Shown: in pieces, positions 10,344-20,820 of the stretch | Position numbering within the stretch: the stretch's first letter is position 1 | How the letters are laid out: every line of letters begins with the position of its first letter | From: Candidatus Bathyarchaeia archaeon | GTDB lineage: Archaea; Thermoproteota; Bathyarchaeia; Bathyarchaeales; Bathycorpusculaceae | Direction: 5' to 3' | Assembly (NCBI GenBank): GCA_049512075.1 | Contig: JBEKXL010000006.1 | Coordinates: 58,439 to 122,438 of the forward strand | Length of the DNA stretch: 64,000 nucleotides | The notes under the pieces: generated by a model | Told to the model about the DNA's origin: nothing | What the model saw: only the letters and a program-made list of their open reading frames with translations | Databases searched by the model: none | Program-made: the position numbers and the translations under genes

Positions 10344-11384
10344 ATGCAAACCGTTTTCTCAAAATTCGCCAAGAACGACTACACCAAATACCCCTTTCTA
10401 AGAGAAGCAGCGAAATATCTGAAGCTGCCGGACCTGCACATTGAAGACTTGGCAAACAGCGAGCTCGAACAGATTCTCAACCGAGCAGAAGAAAGAGTTG
10501 AAGAAGCGATACTATACACCCGAGTCACCCGAAACCCGCACCACGACGAAGACCTGGAAATCCTCTCCTTCACAGTTGCCATCGTCCTTGCGATGGCAAC
10601 CCAAAACTCCTTCATCCAGAAGAGATACGCGCTGGCGGAAGCAAAACAGGCATACGAGGACTTCAAACTCGAACCCAAAGAAAAACTAACGAAAATCGCA
10701 CAGAACTTCGAATGGAAACTGGCACTCAATAACGACCTGAAAATACCATACGAGTTCGCACTTGACTTCACCGATTACCTCAGGAACACAACCCACCTGC
10801 GAGAAAAAAAATGGAAGCTCATCAACCGCACTTTGACAAACGGGAAAGTCTACCTAACAGGGAGTGAGGCGGCCAGACTGCTCGCGGAAGAAGTTCGCAG
10901 ATACGTTGAAAAGCGAACAGAAGCAAGAGACCTGCCGAAGTTTCCAACCAAAATCTTGGAGACAGCCGAGAGGATTAAGAAACTGTCGATAGAGAAAATA
11001 GGCAAAACCGAGATGGAAGGCTTTCCGAAGGCTATAACGCAAACAGCCTTCCCGCCCTGCATACAAACACTGTACCAAGCCTTCTCATCCGGACGCCACC
11101 TCTCACACATCGGCAGGTTCACCCTGACTTCATTCCTCATAAACATCGGAATGCCTTCGGAGAAGGTCATAGAACTCTTCAAAAACATCTCCGACTTCAA
11201 CGAAAGAATGACCCGCTACCAAGTTGAACACATAGCAGGAGAAAGAGGCTCCAGAACCCACTACACCACTCCGAAATGTGACACGCTGAAAACCCATGGG
11301 GTCTGCACTAATCCTGATAGCCTGTGCAGAAGGATACATCATCCCCTGGGCTATTATAGAAGAAAGGTTACATACCCGCACTAG
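10344..11384 (+). CDS. priL: DNA primase large subunit
   Basis: YPFL, FPPCI, HIGRF, YQVEHI and C-terminal Fe-S cysteines. Confidence 0.95.
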   Translation: MQTVFSKFAKNDYTKYPFLREAAKYLKLPDLHIEDLANSELEQILNRAEERVEEAILYTRVTRNPHHDEDLEILSFTVAIVLAMATQNSFIQKRYALAEAKQAYEDFKLEPKEKLTKIAQNFEWKLALNNDLKIPYEFALDFTDYLRNTTHLREKKWKLINRTLTNGKVYLTGSEAARLLAEEVRRYVEKRTEARDLPKFPTKILETAERIKKLSIEKIGKTEMEGFPKAITQTAFPPCIQTLYQAFSSGRHLSHIGRFTLTSFLINIGMPSEKVIELFKNISDFNERMTRYQVEHIAGERGSRTHYTTPKCDTLKTHGVCTNPDSLCRRIHHPLGYYRRKVTYPH

Positions 11385-11478
11385 AAAGAGTTAAAGCCGC
11401 GATGCTTGTATGCTAGAACAGTCAAAAGTTTAATATTGACATTGCTACAAATCAGTTCGTCTTACAGGAACGGGAAAG

Positions 11479-12252
11479 ATGAATCGAACAAGAACAGCAA
11501 ACCTCACGCACATCGAAGGAGACCTAAGTGCAAAATCGGAGATAGGACTGATCCTCCCAACATATTGTGAAGTCTCAAACATTGAAAAGCTGATAGGCGA
11601 CATCGAGAACCTGGATATTGATGTTCGCGTGCTAGTTATAGACGATTCCAGCCCAGATGGGACGGCAAATGCAGTTCGAAGACTGCAGAAAAAGTACAGG
11701 AACATTCTCCTCCTTGTGAGACCGAGGAAATCTGGGCTTGGAACAGCCATAACAGATGGTTTCAAGACGCTCATATCGTTGAAAAACCCTCCAAGCTACA
11801 TAGTCACCATGGACGCTGACTACTCACACAATCCCAAAGAAGTTCCACGCGCAATCTCAACCGCAAAAGAAGGAAAAGGCCTGGCAATAGGCAGCAGATA
11901 TTGCAAGGGAGGCGGAGTAGTGAAATGGAGCATATTTCGACGCTTAACAAGTCGCGTGGCAAACGTACTTGCCTACGTCCTAGTGAGAGCAAAAATCCAT
12001 GACTACACTAGCGGTTTACGCTGCTATTCGACAAGGCTTGTCAAAGAAATGGTCCCAGACCTGCACAGTCAAACCTACGAAATACAAATAGAAACTATAC
12101 GGCAAGCCTGCAAAAGAGGATTTGACGTAAGGGAGTTTCCAATGACCTTTGTCAACAGAAAGAATGGGAAATCAAAACTCTCTGCGAACGAAATCATGGA
12201 GTTCACTTCATACATTTTCAAAATCAAAAGGCTTAAAGGCTCGGCTAACTAG
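11479..12252 (+). CDS. polyprenol-phosphate mannose synthase-like GT2
   Basis: IDDSSPDGT, MDADYSHNP and DYTSGLR. Confidence 0.88.
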   Translation: MNRTRTANLTHIEGDLSAKSEIGLILPTYCEVSNIEKLIGDIENLDIDVRVLVIDDSSPDGTANAVRRLQKKYRNILLLVRPRKSGLGTAITDGFKTLISLKNPPSYIVTMDADYSHNPKEVPRAISTAKEGKGLAIGSRYCKGGGVVKWSIFRRLTSRVANVLAYVLVRAKIHDYTSGLRCYSTRLVKEMVPDLHSQTYEIQIETIRQACKRGFDVREFPMTFVNRKNGKSKLSANEIMEFTSYIFKIKRLKGSAN

Positions 12253-12258
12253 CCTTTC

Positions 12259-13155
12259 GTGAACCGAATGTCCCTGAACAGAATTATGATTGGAGTATGC
12301 GCTTACAACGAAGAAAACAACATAGCGCGTCTTCTTCAAAATCTAATTTCAGAACAGAACATACCGAAAGAAAGTAAGATTCTGGTAGTATGCTCTGGGT
12401 GCACCGATAGAACACCCCAAATTGTCGCGAGTTTCCAGAACAAAGATCCTAGAATAGAGCCGTTAATTGAAGATGCTCGCAAAGGAAAATCAAGTGCACT
12501 CAACGAAATCTTCAGAGCAGCGAGAGCTGAAGCTGACATATTAATCCTCGTCAACGCCGATGCACTGCCCGAGAAAGGCAGCATAAACCGGCTCGTCACA
12601 AAGTTTACCACGCCAGACATCGGGGCGGTCTTTGCACAGCCAGTTCCGCTGAAAAACTGTAACAGCTCCTGTTACGGGGTCACACGACTGATATGGCGTT
12701 TACATCACATAATTTCAATGCTTGACACGCCCAAGCTGTCAGGAGAACTCTGCGCGCTGCGCGCAGCATATCTCCAAGAGATCCCAGAAAACACCGCAAC
12801 CGACGAGCCCTACATCGAAGGCGCGATTCAAAAGCGACACAAGAACACACTTTACACACCTGAAGCCCTAGTGTACATAAGATGTCCAACAAACGTCGTC
12901 GATATAATAAAACAGCGCAAGCGAATATGGATCGGCCACATGCAACTGCAAAACACAACCGGGTACAAGGTCTCAACGTCGAGCTTCAAAAACATGTTAC
13001 GCGCAATCTTCAAACTGAAAAGAAACGAAGCCATTTATGTGTTGCCCGGAGGGTTTCTAGAAATCGTCGCCTACTTGGAAGCCAGAATCCTTTTCAGCAA
13101 AGGCACTATTCCCTTCGCTTGGGAACCAATAAAAAGCACAAAAGCCTCAATCTGA
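12259..13155 (+). CDS. glycosyltransferase family 2
   Basis: AYNEE, GKSSALN, NAD and QRKRIW. Confidence 0.85.
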   Translation: MNRMSLNRIMIGVCAYNEENNIARLLQNLISEQNIPKESKILVVCSGCTDRTPQIVASFQNKDPRIEPLIEDARKGKSSALNEIFRAARAEADILILVNADALPEKGSINRLVTKFTTPDIGAVFAQPVPLKNCNSSCYGVTRLIWRLHHIISMLDTPKLSGELCALRAAYLQEIPENTATDEPYIEGAIQKRHKNTLYTPEALVYIRCPTNVVDIIKQRKRIWIGHMQLQNTTGYKVSTSSFKNMLRAIFKLKRNEAIYVLPGGFLEIVAYLEARILFSKGTIPFAWEPIKSTKASI

Positions 13156-13189
13156 ACGCAGCAACGTCTCGTTGATGGAGAACTAGCAA

Positions 13190-14293
13190 ATGCACGTGCT
13201 CCAAGTGACTCCCAAGTATTTTCCGAGCATCGGAGGTGTCGAAACGGTAGTGAAGAAAATCAGCGAGACACTTGTCGAAAACGGCATTGACGTTACCGTC
13301 TATTCGGTTGACTTGAATCGACAACTCCCGAGGCAGCAAAGAATCAATCAAGTCTTCGTTAAGCGTTTCCGCCCCGTGTTAGATGATCCGCTTTTTCTTC
13401 CTGAACCCAGATTCCTGATTGACTTGCTGCATGAAAAAGCCGAAATAATCCATGTTCACAATGTTCACACTCTTCCGCCCTTTCTTGCAGCACTAACCAA
13501 AAACGCGAAACAAAAATTGTTGCTGCAACCGCATTATCATCGGTTTGGCCAGTCCGTGTTTCGGCATTCACTGTTTGAACTCTACAAATATGCTCTTAAG
13601 AACATCGTTTTTCCAAGAGCAGATCTTGCCATAGCCAATTCATCTTACGAAGAAAGGGCACTTCGCGAAGATTTCCCAGAGTTCAGGAACATCAAATTGC
13701 TTCCAGAGGGGATGGATGCGAACGAGGTTAGACACATAAAACGTCACCCTGAAAAGTCGAATCGGATTCTTTACGTGGGGGTCCTGAAACGTTACAAGAA
13801 TGTTGACAAAATTCTTGAAGGCTTTTCATGTTTTTTGAGAAGAGAAAGTGACCAATCGAAACTCGTCATAGTAGGTGATGGTCCGGAATTCGAGTTCTTG
13901 GTCGCCCACGCTCGCAGTTTGGGGCTTGACTTATTCGTAGAATGGAAGCATGGATTGTCAAGGGAGCAGCTGCTGGATGAATACGCGAGAGCGAGTGTTT
14001 TCATTCTCCTTTCACATTTAGAAAGTTTCAGCAGAGTCGTTTATGACGCGTTATTGATTGGAGTGCCTGCTGTCGTGTTGAATTTCGGAGCTTTGAAGGA
14101 TTTGGTCAGGACCGGGTTGGCGATAGGCGTCGACTCGCTAAACCCCCCGGAAATTGCACGCGCGCTTTCGGAAGCTTTAAGGAGAAATCCGCCCAGATTT
14201 TCAAAAGATGACAATATCTTCCTTGAGTGGCCAGAGTATTCAAGGCGGATCATAAGTGCCTATCATGAATTGTTGGGGGAAAGAATGCTATAA
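13190..14293 (+). CDS. glycosyltransferase family 4
   Basis: GGVE N-terminus, YKNVD and ESFSRVVYDA. Confidence 0.87.
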   Translation: MHVLQVTPKYFPSIGGVETVVKKISETLVENGIDVTVYSVDLNRQLPRQQRINQVFVKRFRPVLDDPLFLPEPRFLIDLLHEKAEIIHVHNVHTLPPFLAALTKNAKQKLLLQPHYHRFGQSVFRHSLFELYKYALKNIVFPRADLAIANSSYEERALREDFPEFRNIKLLPEGMDANEVRHIKRHPEKSNRILYVGVLKRYKNVDKILEGFSCFLRRESDQSKLVIVGDGPEFEFLVAHARSLGLDLFVEWKHGLSREQLLDEYARASVFILLSHLESFSRVVYDALLIGVPAVVLNFGALKDLVRTGLAIGVDSLNPPEIARALSEALRRNPPRFSKDDNIFLEWPEYSRRIISAYHELLGERML

Positions 14294-14527
14294 CCTTTTA
14301 ATGCAGGTTAAAATAGGAGAAATACGAGTGAAAACAACTTTGCGCTCAAGGCGAAATCTGCGTGTTCGGGGACATGCGCTAATTGCAGAACTTCAGTTCA
14401 ACATCGCCGAATGACTTTCGTCTGGGATTTGCAGATCATGGTTTTGGCGCTATCAAGAATATGGCCTGTGTCGTGATATCGTCATTAATACTTGAGCAGT
14501 TGACTGTCTGCTGGAAGGAATGAACCT

Positions 14528-15361
14528 ATGGATAGGTCTAAAGTATCAGTAATAATTCCGACGTACAACGCCGGCGATACGATCACGCGTTGTCTCAAAA
14601 GCATACACAATCAGAGTTACTCTCGCGTTGAGGTTATTGTTGTTGACAACTTCAGCAATGACACAACAATGAATGTTGCAAGAGCCTTTGGGGCGAAAGT
14701 CGTGCAACAAAAATCAACCCCTGCATCGGCCAGGAACACAGGCATTGTCAACTCCGCAGGAAAATATGTCTTTTTTGTTGATTCAGATCAGGTCTTATCT
14801 CGGTGTGTAGTTGAAGAGTGTGTCATAAAATGCGAGGAAGAAAAGGCAGGAATGGTTAGGGTTCCAGAACTTTTCATCGGAGAGGGATTCTGGGGCTCCT
14901 GTTCAGCGGAATGGAAGAATTATTATGGGAAGGTCGAACAGAGGTACGGGACGCGGGGAAAGATTCTTTCGGGGAAACCACGCTTTTTTGCAAAGGAACA
15001 GTTGATTCGCGTGGGAATGTTCGATGCTTCTCTGCTTTGGGGTGAGGATTATGACCTTTATCAAAGATTAAAAGAAAGGAACACCAAGGAAGTCTCCTGT
15101 CAATCCATGCTGTACCACTGTGAACCAGTTTCAGTCAAAGGAATAATGACCAGAAACCTTCGCTATGGAGAATCCATGCCGACCTTTATGAATCGCTCCG
15201 AGAAGCAAGTCTTTTCGCGCGTTGTCAGACATTCCTTACTAGCTTGGGTGGAGAGTCTTTCCGAGCTGGTTGAGAAACCTGACATAGCTTTCGGATGCAC
15301 GATTCTTCTCGGAATGAAAGGATTTGCGATGTTAGCGGGCTTACTGGCGAATTTGGCCTAG
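14528..15361 (+). CDS. glycosyltransferase family 2
   Basis: VSVIIPTYN, VDNFSND, ARNTG, DSD and GEDYDL. Confidence 0.88.
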   Translation: MDRSKVSVIIPTYNAGDTITRCLKSIHNQSYSRVEVIVVDNFSNDTTMNVARAFGAKVVQQKSTPASARNTGIVNSAGKYVFFVDSDQVLSRCVVEECVIKCEEEKAGMVRVPELFIGEGFWGSCSAEWKNYYGKVEQRYGTRGKILSGKPRFFAKEQLIRVGMFDASLLWGEDYDLYQRLKERNTKEVSCQSMLYHCEPVSVKGIMTRNLRYGESMPTFMNRSEKQVFSRVVRHSLLAWVESLSELVEKPDIAFGCTILLGMKGFAMLAGLLANLA

Positions 15362-15407
15362 AACGAAATGCTTTTTATCCCTGCATCAAATTTAGAGTTG
15401 AGCATAC

Positions 15408-16622
15408 TTGAAGTCAATTGCTTTTGTACAGCAAGCGTTCAGAGAACACTATACGAAAGAGTTCTCTTTCAGTGAAAACCTATCAATGATTGAGAGACGC
15501 GAATTCGGCTTCGCCACGTTTGAAGGATGGATGCTCCGCCACAAGAGCTTTGACGCCAAAAACGAGTTAATCTCCTTCCTAGGCGATTCCGTGCCCAGAG
15601 ATGCCTATTTCTCATGCGCTTATTATGAAGACCCACTGGCTGAGATGGAAAGGAAGGGATGGTTGGGTGCGGACTTGATTTTCGATATCGATGCTGACCA
15701 TATCCCCACGTCCTGCGACAAGGTTCACGACCAGTGGACCTGCGGCAAGTGCGGTTTCGCAGGAAGGGGAGTCGTACCCGAGAATTGTCCGGTCTGCGGT
15801 AGTGAAAAGTTCGACGAAAGCACTTGGCCCTGCGAAGTCTGTCTGGCTTCTGCAAAGTATGAAACTGTGAAGCTTCTGGACATACTGATGAAGGATTTCG
15901 GCTTCTCTGACAAGGAACTCCGTGTATTCTTCTCAGGACATAGAGGTTATCACGTGCACGTGGAACATGAAGCTGTAATGAATCTTGATAGTATCGCTCG
16001 CAAGGAAATCGTTGATTATGTCTGCGGCTTAGGTTTAGACACTGCCTTCTACGGGCTGATTGAGAGAGGCCCGAAAATGTTCAATGTGACTGATCCTGGC
16101 TGGCGAGGACGAATCGCAAGAGGGATCCACGAGTTCGTCGCCGAAGCCAAAGCAGAGGATTACAGAGACATAGGGCTGAAAGGAAATGTTGCTGAGACCA
16201 TGGTCAAGAACAGAACAGCAGTTCTGAGGAACCTGAACGAATCAAAGCCCTGGGAAGCAGTCAAAGGAGTGGGTCCCGAAACGTGGAAGAAGATTGTTGA
16301 ACACTTCGTAATATCACAATCAGCCAGCGTGGATACGGTGGTCACAACGGACACTCACCGTCTGATCAGACTTGGAAGTACATTGCACGGCAAAACGGGA
16401 CTAAAAAAAACCGAGTTTCCAGTTCCGACGATAGAGAGCTTTGACCCTTTCAAGAGCGCGATAGCCTTTAAAAAGGGCACAGCCACAGTTCTCGTCTCTA
16501 ATGCACCTGAGTTTAGGCTGGGGGATCAAACGTTCGGCCCTTACACAAATCAGAAAATTGAGTTGCCGACCGCAGCGGCTGTACTCCTCATCTGCAGGAA
16601 AAGAGCGGAAGTGATAGACTAG
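15408..16622 (+). CDS. priS: DNA primase small subunit with zinc-ribbon insertion
   Basis: REFGF, DLIFDIDAD, FSGHRGYH and RLIRL motifs. Confidence 0.95.
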   Translation: MKSIAFVQQAFREHYTKEFSFSENLSMIERREFGFATFEGWMLRHKSFDAKNELISFLGDSVPRDAYFSCAYYEDPLAEMERKGWLGADLIFDIDADHIPTSCDKVHDQWTCGKCGFAGRGVVPENCPVCGSEKFDESTWPCEVCLASAKYETVKLLDILMKDFGFSDKELRVFFSGHRGYHVHVEHEAVMNLDSIARKEIVDYVCGLGLDTAFYGLIERGPKMFNVTDPGWRGRIARGIHEFVAEAKAEDYRDIGLKGNVAETMVKNRTAVLRNLNESKPWEAVKGVGPETWKKIVEHFVISQSASVDTVVTTDTHRLIRLGSTLHGKTGLKKTEFPVPTIESFDPFKSAIAFKKGTATVLVSNAPEFRLGDQTFGPYTNQKIELPTAAAVLLICRKRAEVID

Positions 16623-16624
16623 AA

Positions 16625-17173
16625 ATGTACAGTCAATTGTATGAGATTTGGAAACAGGAACTCGAAGACCCTGAACTGGTCCGGCTCCCACCGGACTTCT
16701 ACGCGGGAATCGTTGAATACGCGAAGAAGCTCAAAGAAGAAAGCCGAATGCTGGACAAGAGAACGGTCAAGGCGAATCTTCTGAAAAAAGAAATGCAGAA
16801 CATGAAACGCATGGTAAGGGAACTGATACGGGCAAGATATAGGAAAATCCTTAACAGAGCAGCGAGGGGAGAAGAGGTCTCTCGGGACGTATTGACGGTT
16901 GAGGACGAACAGATCTATGGAAAGATTTCACCGCTGGCTGAGATAGTGTCGAATTTTGCATCGGAAATCCTGCATGGGCATGAACCCAAAACCATGAGCG
17001 ACTTGAAGCACAAGAGGATTATCATGCGCATGTTGAAAGAAATTCCAGCCATTATCGGCGCAGACATGAAAACCTACGGGCCGTTCAAAACCGAGGACGT
17101 TGCATCCCTGCCTGCCGAAAATGCAAGGATTCTGGCCAAGCAGAATCTGGCTGAAAAAGTTGAAATCAACTAG
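16625..17173 (+). CDS. GINS subunit Gins15/Gins51
   Basis: LPPDFY and IIGADMKTYGPF...DVASLP B-domain; directly follows priS. Confidence 0.85.
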   Translation: MYSQLYEIWKQELEDPELVRLPPDFYAGIVEYAKKLKEESRMLDKRTVKANLLKKEMQNMKRMVRELIRARYRKILNRAARGEEVSRDVLTVEDEQIYGKISPLAEIVSNFASEILHGHEPKTMSDLKHKRIIMRMLKEIPAIIGADMKTYGPFKTEDVASLPAENARILAKQNLAEKVEIN

Positions 17174-18186
17174 TCGGCACCATCCTTAACGGCTGCAGTG
17201 TCAATGTCCCCAGTTTTCCCCCAAAATGCGCGGCTGCCCATAATCAGCAACGGAAAGAAAACTATCCATGCAATGGAGAACAATTGACCGTAATAATCAT
17301 GGAAGGTGTTAGCAGCAGTGGCACCGCTGTCGGCTCCAATCATGAAGATAGTCACTATCCTCAGGACGTTTATGAAATACGTGACGGCACCACCGGTCAC
17401 GAAATAGACTGTTCTTTGCTTCCAAGGAATAGCACTATTTCTCAAAAACAACAGAATTGTGACAGCGTAAATCAAAAGACTCTCGATGCCCGAGCAAGGC
17501 CAAGCTATAGTGGCAGGGTAACTTCCATGGGAACCGATAGCAATCAATTCGGGCATACCATTATTTATGCCCGCCCATATTGTCCGATACCCTAAGAAAT
17601 TCAAGAAATTGGCTGCAAACGAGGCCGTGGTTGGCACAAAAATCTGGAAAGGGGTGAAGCTCCCGTAGGGAAAGAAGTTGTCTATACTGTATATCACTCC
17701 GATGAGCCCTAAGAAAAGCGCAGATATTGAATGCACCTTTAAACCGCGAACTCCGTATTCCAGCAGGATTATCAGCGCAAAAAGAGCTGCAAACACCATG
17801 TACTCGGTTGAGAGAGGCACCACATCCGCCCAAGGGTGCAAAATGCCTCTTCCAAGTGCAAGATTCTCGATTAGGGTATTTAGTCCGTAAAAGTTGGAAA
17901 CCACAACGTATGCGATGGGCAACAAAAGGGATAAAAAGAAGGCACCAGTTTGTATAGACCTCGTCTTCTTGATTTTTCCTGTTTGGAGTTCTTCCCAGCT
18001 CAGGATTATCTCCAACGAAACTAGCCACAAGAAGAAAGTGTAGAATATTCTGCCCTTCCATGTTTTCTCGAAAACGACAGGATCCAGAAAATACAACACG
18101 GTGATGGGTATAACGAAAGCGAGCAGTGGTAAGATCTTCATTAATATGTTGGCTATTGTACGAGACCTGGACATGTCGTTCAGCAT
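17170..18186 (-). CDS. archaeosortase/exosortase family protein
   Basis: Multi-TM protein with Cys (IAWPCSG), Arg (NVLRI) and His (FHDY) triad; start uncertain. Confidence 0.85.
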   Translation of the reverse strand: MLNDMSRSRTIANILMKILPLLAFVIPITVLYFLDPVVFEKTWKGRIFYTFFLWLVSLEIILSWEELQTGKIKKTRSIQTGAFFLSLLLPIAYVVVSNFYGLNTLIENLALGRGILHPWADVVPLSTEYMVFAALFALIILLEYGVRGLKVHSISALFLGLIGVIYSIDNFFPYGSFTPFQIFVPTTASFAANFLNFLGYRTIWAGINNGMPELIAIGSHGSYPATIAWPCSGIESLLIYAVTILLFLRNSAIPWKQRTVYFVTGGAVTYFINVLRIVTIFMIGADSGATAANTFHDYYGQLFSIAWIVFFPLLIMGSRAFWGKTGDIDTAAVKDGAD

Positions 18187-18347
18187 GCTGAAATCCCCAC
18201 ATTGCCCTCTTCGCTGCCATAGTTTTAACATTCAGCAACTAATAAACCGATTTCTGCAAAGAACTGGAAACTATTCGTGATTGGCCCGCCTCGATAAGAG
18301 GCGAAAAAGTATAAGAGGATCTGTCGTTTCTTTATGCAAAGCCGGTC

Positions 18348-18632
18348 GTGCCTAACGTGAACGTTCCTAAGGAAATAAAAACATACTGTCCAAAGTGTAA
18401 ACACCATCAGGCTCATTCTGTCACTCTTTACAAGGCTGGCAAGCGGAGAGCCTTGGCCAAGGGTGAGCGTCAACACGCGCGAGAAAAGAGGGGTTACGGT
18501 GGGCAGAAGTATCCGCTTCAGAGAGAGTTTGCGAAGACAACGAAGAAGCAGACTTTGAAGTTGAAGTGCAGGGTCTGCGGTTTCATGAGGCACAAGGACG
18601 GTATACGGCTTAGAAAATTGGCTATTGTATGA
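18348..18632 (+). CDS. rpl44e: 50S ribosomal protein L44e
   Basis: TYCPKC...GYGGQ...KTTKK...C. Confidence 0.97.
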   Translation: MPNVNVPKEIKTYCPKCKHHQAHSVTLYKAGKRRALAKGERQHAREKRGYGGQKYPLQREFAKTTKKQTLKLKCRVCGFMRHKDGIRLRKLAIV

Positions 18633-18651
18633 TTGTTTAGGGAGGATGTGT

Positions 18652-18849
18652 ATGTCTGATTGGGAAAGACTCATTCCGAGACCGAGAAGTAGTTTCGTCC
18701 GTGTGAAGTGTCTGAAATGCGGGAACGAACAAATAGTTTTCAGCAGCGCCGTGAACAAAGTGAACTGCAACGTTTGTGGAATCGAGCTTGCCACACCGTC
18801 AAGCGGGAAAGCAAGGATTAAGGGCGAAATAGTCGCGGTTTTCGAGTAG
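18652..18849 (+). CDS. rps27e: 30S ribosomal protein S27e
   Basis: PRSSFVRVKCLKCGNEQIVF zinc ribbon; start set at MSDWE. Confidence 0.96.
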   Translation: MSDWERLIPRPRSSFVRVKCLKCGNEQIVFSSAVNKVNCNVCGIELATPSSGKARIKGEIVAVFE

Positions 18850-18864
18850 GGATGAAGGTTCACA

Positions 18865-19653
18865 ATGTCGCTAAAAAAGTTGGAGTGGCCCGAGACAGGC
18901 GACCTGGTAATGGCCACTGTGGAAACTGTCACCGATTTCGGTGCTTACGTGAAATTAGATGAGTATAGCAAGAGAGGGTTGCTGCACCGTTCAGAAATCT
19001 CTTCATCGTGGATTCGTAACATTCGCGATTTTGTCCGAGAGGGACAGAAGCTTGTTTTGAAGGTTCTGCGTGTCGACCCTGAAAAGGGGCACGTGGACTT
19101 GTCCCTAAGGCGAGTTACGAAGAGGGAAAAAATCGAGAAGACAATGGCTTGGAAAAAGGAGAGGAAAGCCGAAGCTCTGATTCGAGGCGTCGCCGACAAA
19201 ACAGGTTTGCCCTTGCAGGAAATCTATGACAAAGCAGGAGGGCTCATGGAGAACGAGTACGGGCTGTACGAAGGCTTCGAAAAGGCCGTAAAAGAAGGCG
19301 CTGAATCTCTGACGAAAATCGGCGTACCTGAAGAAATTGCCAAAGCAATTTTCGAGGTCGGTCAAGAAAGGATACACGTGCCAATGGTCAGAGTGAAAGG
19401 AACGATCGAGCTTCGATGCATGAAGCCGAACGGAGTGAAAATCATAAGGGAAGCTTTTTCGAATGCCAAGAAGGCAGAAAAACTTGGCAGCACGAAGCTT
19501 CGTTTCTATGTTATTGCTGCTCCGAAATACAGCATTGAAGTCTTGGCTGAGGACTACAAACACGCCGAAGACACATTTCAAACGGTAGCTCAGAACATAG
19601 TGACAAACGTCACCAAAGCCGGCGGACAGGGCAGTTTCAAGAGGGAAAAGTGA
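18865..19653 (+). CDS. eif2a: translation initiation factor 2 alpha
   Basis: S1 domain (GAYVKLDEY, KGHVDLSLRRV) and APKY. Confidence 0.96.
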   Translation: MSLKKLEWPETGDLVMATVETVTDFGAYVKLDEYSKRGLLHRSEISSSWIRNIRDFVREGQKLVLKVLRVDPEKGHVDLSLRRVTKREKIEKTMAWKKERKAEALIRGVADKTGLPLQEIYDKAGGLMENEYGLYEGFEKAVKEGAESLTKIGVPEEIAKAIFEVGQERIHVPMVRVKGTIELRCMKPNGVKIIREAFSNAKKAEKLGSTKLRFYVIAAPKYSIEVLAEDYKHAEDTFQTVAQNIVTNVTKAGGQGSFKREK

Positions 19654-19823
19654 TGGTTTGGCTGCTGAGGAAATGTGAGCAATGTGGAAGCTACACACTG
19701 AAGAAGGGTGTATGTCCATATTGCGGCGGAGGGCTTAGAGTGCCTCACCCGCCAAAATTCTCACCTGACGACAAATACCTCAGGTATCGAATGGCCTTGA
19801 AAATGGAGAGTTCAAACGAGTGA
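19653..19823 (+). CDS. nop10: H/ACA RNP protein Nop10 (absent from ORF track)
   Basis: Manual translation MVWLLRKCEQCGSYTLKKGVCPYCGGGLRVPHPPKFSPDDKYLRYR; conserved position after aIF2a. Confidence 0.95.
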   Translation: MVWLLRKCEQCGSYTLKKGVCPYCGGGLRVPHPPKFSPDDKYLRYRMALKMESSNE

Positions 19824-20593
19824 AAGAGACGGTCATCAAAGAACTCAAGAAGGTCGATTTGAACAACCCCATTTTAGTCGAGGGATTGCCGGGTTTAGGA
19901 CTTGTCGGCAAAATCGCTATACGATATTTAGTAAAGTGGCTGAAAGCAGAAAAGCTTGCATATATTTATTCACCGCACTTTCCATACTTCGTGCTTGTGA
20001 ACAAAAAGGGAAACGTGAGGCTCTTGCGTGGAACGTTCTATTTCTGGAAGAACAAAAACAGAAAGAACGACCTCGTGCTCTTCACGGGTGACAGTCAGGC
20101 GCAGACGATTGAAGGGCAATACGAGATTTCTAACAGCATACTGAACTTTGCCCGCAAATGCAACGTGAAGACCATCATAACGATAGGTGGCTACCGAATG
20201 GAAGCCACGGACAAGCCCAAGGTTGTCGCCGCTGCCACGAGCCAGGAATTGCTGAACAAAGCACAACAGGCAGGTGCGGAGATCAGTCCAACAGGAAGCC
20301 CTATCGTGGGTACCGCTGGACTAATCTTAGGCCTCTCGCATTTCAAGAAGATCGATGCTCTCTGCCTCTTAGGGGAGACGCGAGGATACCTGCCAGATCC
20401 GAAGTCAGCCAAGAGCGTCTTGGAAGTGTTGCAGTCACTCCTCGGTTTTGAGGTAAGCTTGTCTGGACTTGATGAGGAAATCGCCAAAGCGGACAAGATG
20501 GTTACGCGTTTGCAGAGCATCGAAGAAAAAAGAACGTTGGAAGCTGAGGAAACACGGAAAGAAGAAGACAAGAAAGTTACCTACATTTCCTAA
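19820..20593 (+). CDS. proteasome assembly chaperone (PAC2) family
   Basis: EGLPGLGLVG, IGGY and GET..Y.PDP motifs. Confidence 0.9.
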   Translation: MKETVIKELKKVDLNNPILVEGLPGLGLVGKIAIRYLVKWLKAEKLAYIYSPHFPYFVLVNKKGNVRLLRGTFYFWKNKNRKNDLVLFTGDSQAQTIEGQYEISNSILNFARKCNVKTIITIGGYRMEATDKPKVVAAATSQELLNKAQQAGAEISPTGSPIVGTAGLILGLSHFKKIDALCLLGETRGYLPDPKSAKSVLEVLQSLLGFEVSLSGLDEEIAKADKMVTRLQSIEEKRTLEAEETRKEEDKKVTYIS

Positions 20594-20599
20594 ACACCA

Positions 20600-20748
20600 T
20601 TAAGATAACATGTCTTCCTTGATTATCCTCACGATTCTTTCGGCAGCGTTGCCATCTCCATAAAGAGATGTCTTCGGCAGGGTTCTGGGCCGTTCCAATG
20701 CGGTCTTCATTTCTTCTGGTATTGTTTCTTTTTCTGTGCCAACGACTT
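20600..20748 (-). pseudogene. C-terminal remnant of UDP-GlcNAc 2-epimerase (WecB-like)
   Basis: VVGTEKETI...LYGDGNAAERIVRII matches the WecB C-terminus; no upstream homologous sequence. Confidence 0.7.
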
Positions 20749-20820
20749 GCGCGCGCTGCGCCAAGTATGCTGAAACACCTTTTGCATCATGGTCCAGCAA
20801 AGTCGCTCCCCTTTTTCACT

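Noticed and set aside
17561-19719. Long alternative-frame or antisense ORFs (17561-18238, 18225-18932, 19105-19719) and similar shadows elsewhere
   Set aside because: They overlap well-supported genes and have no recognisable motifs.
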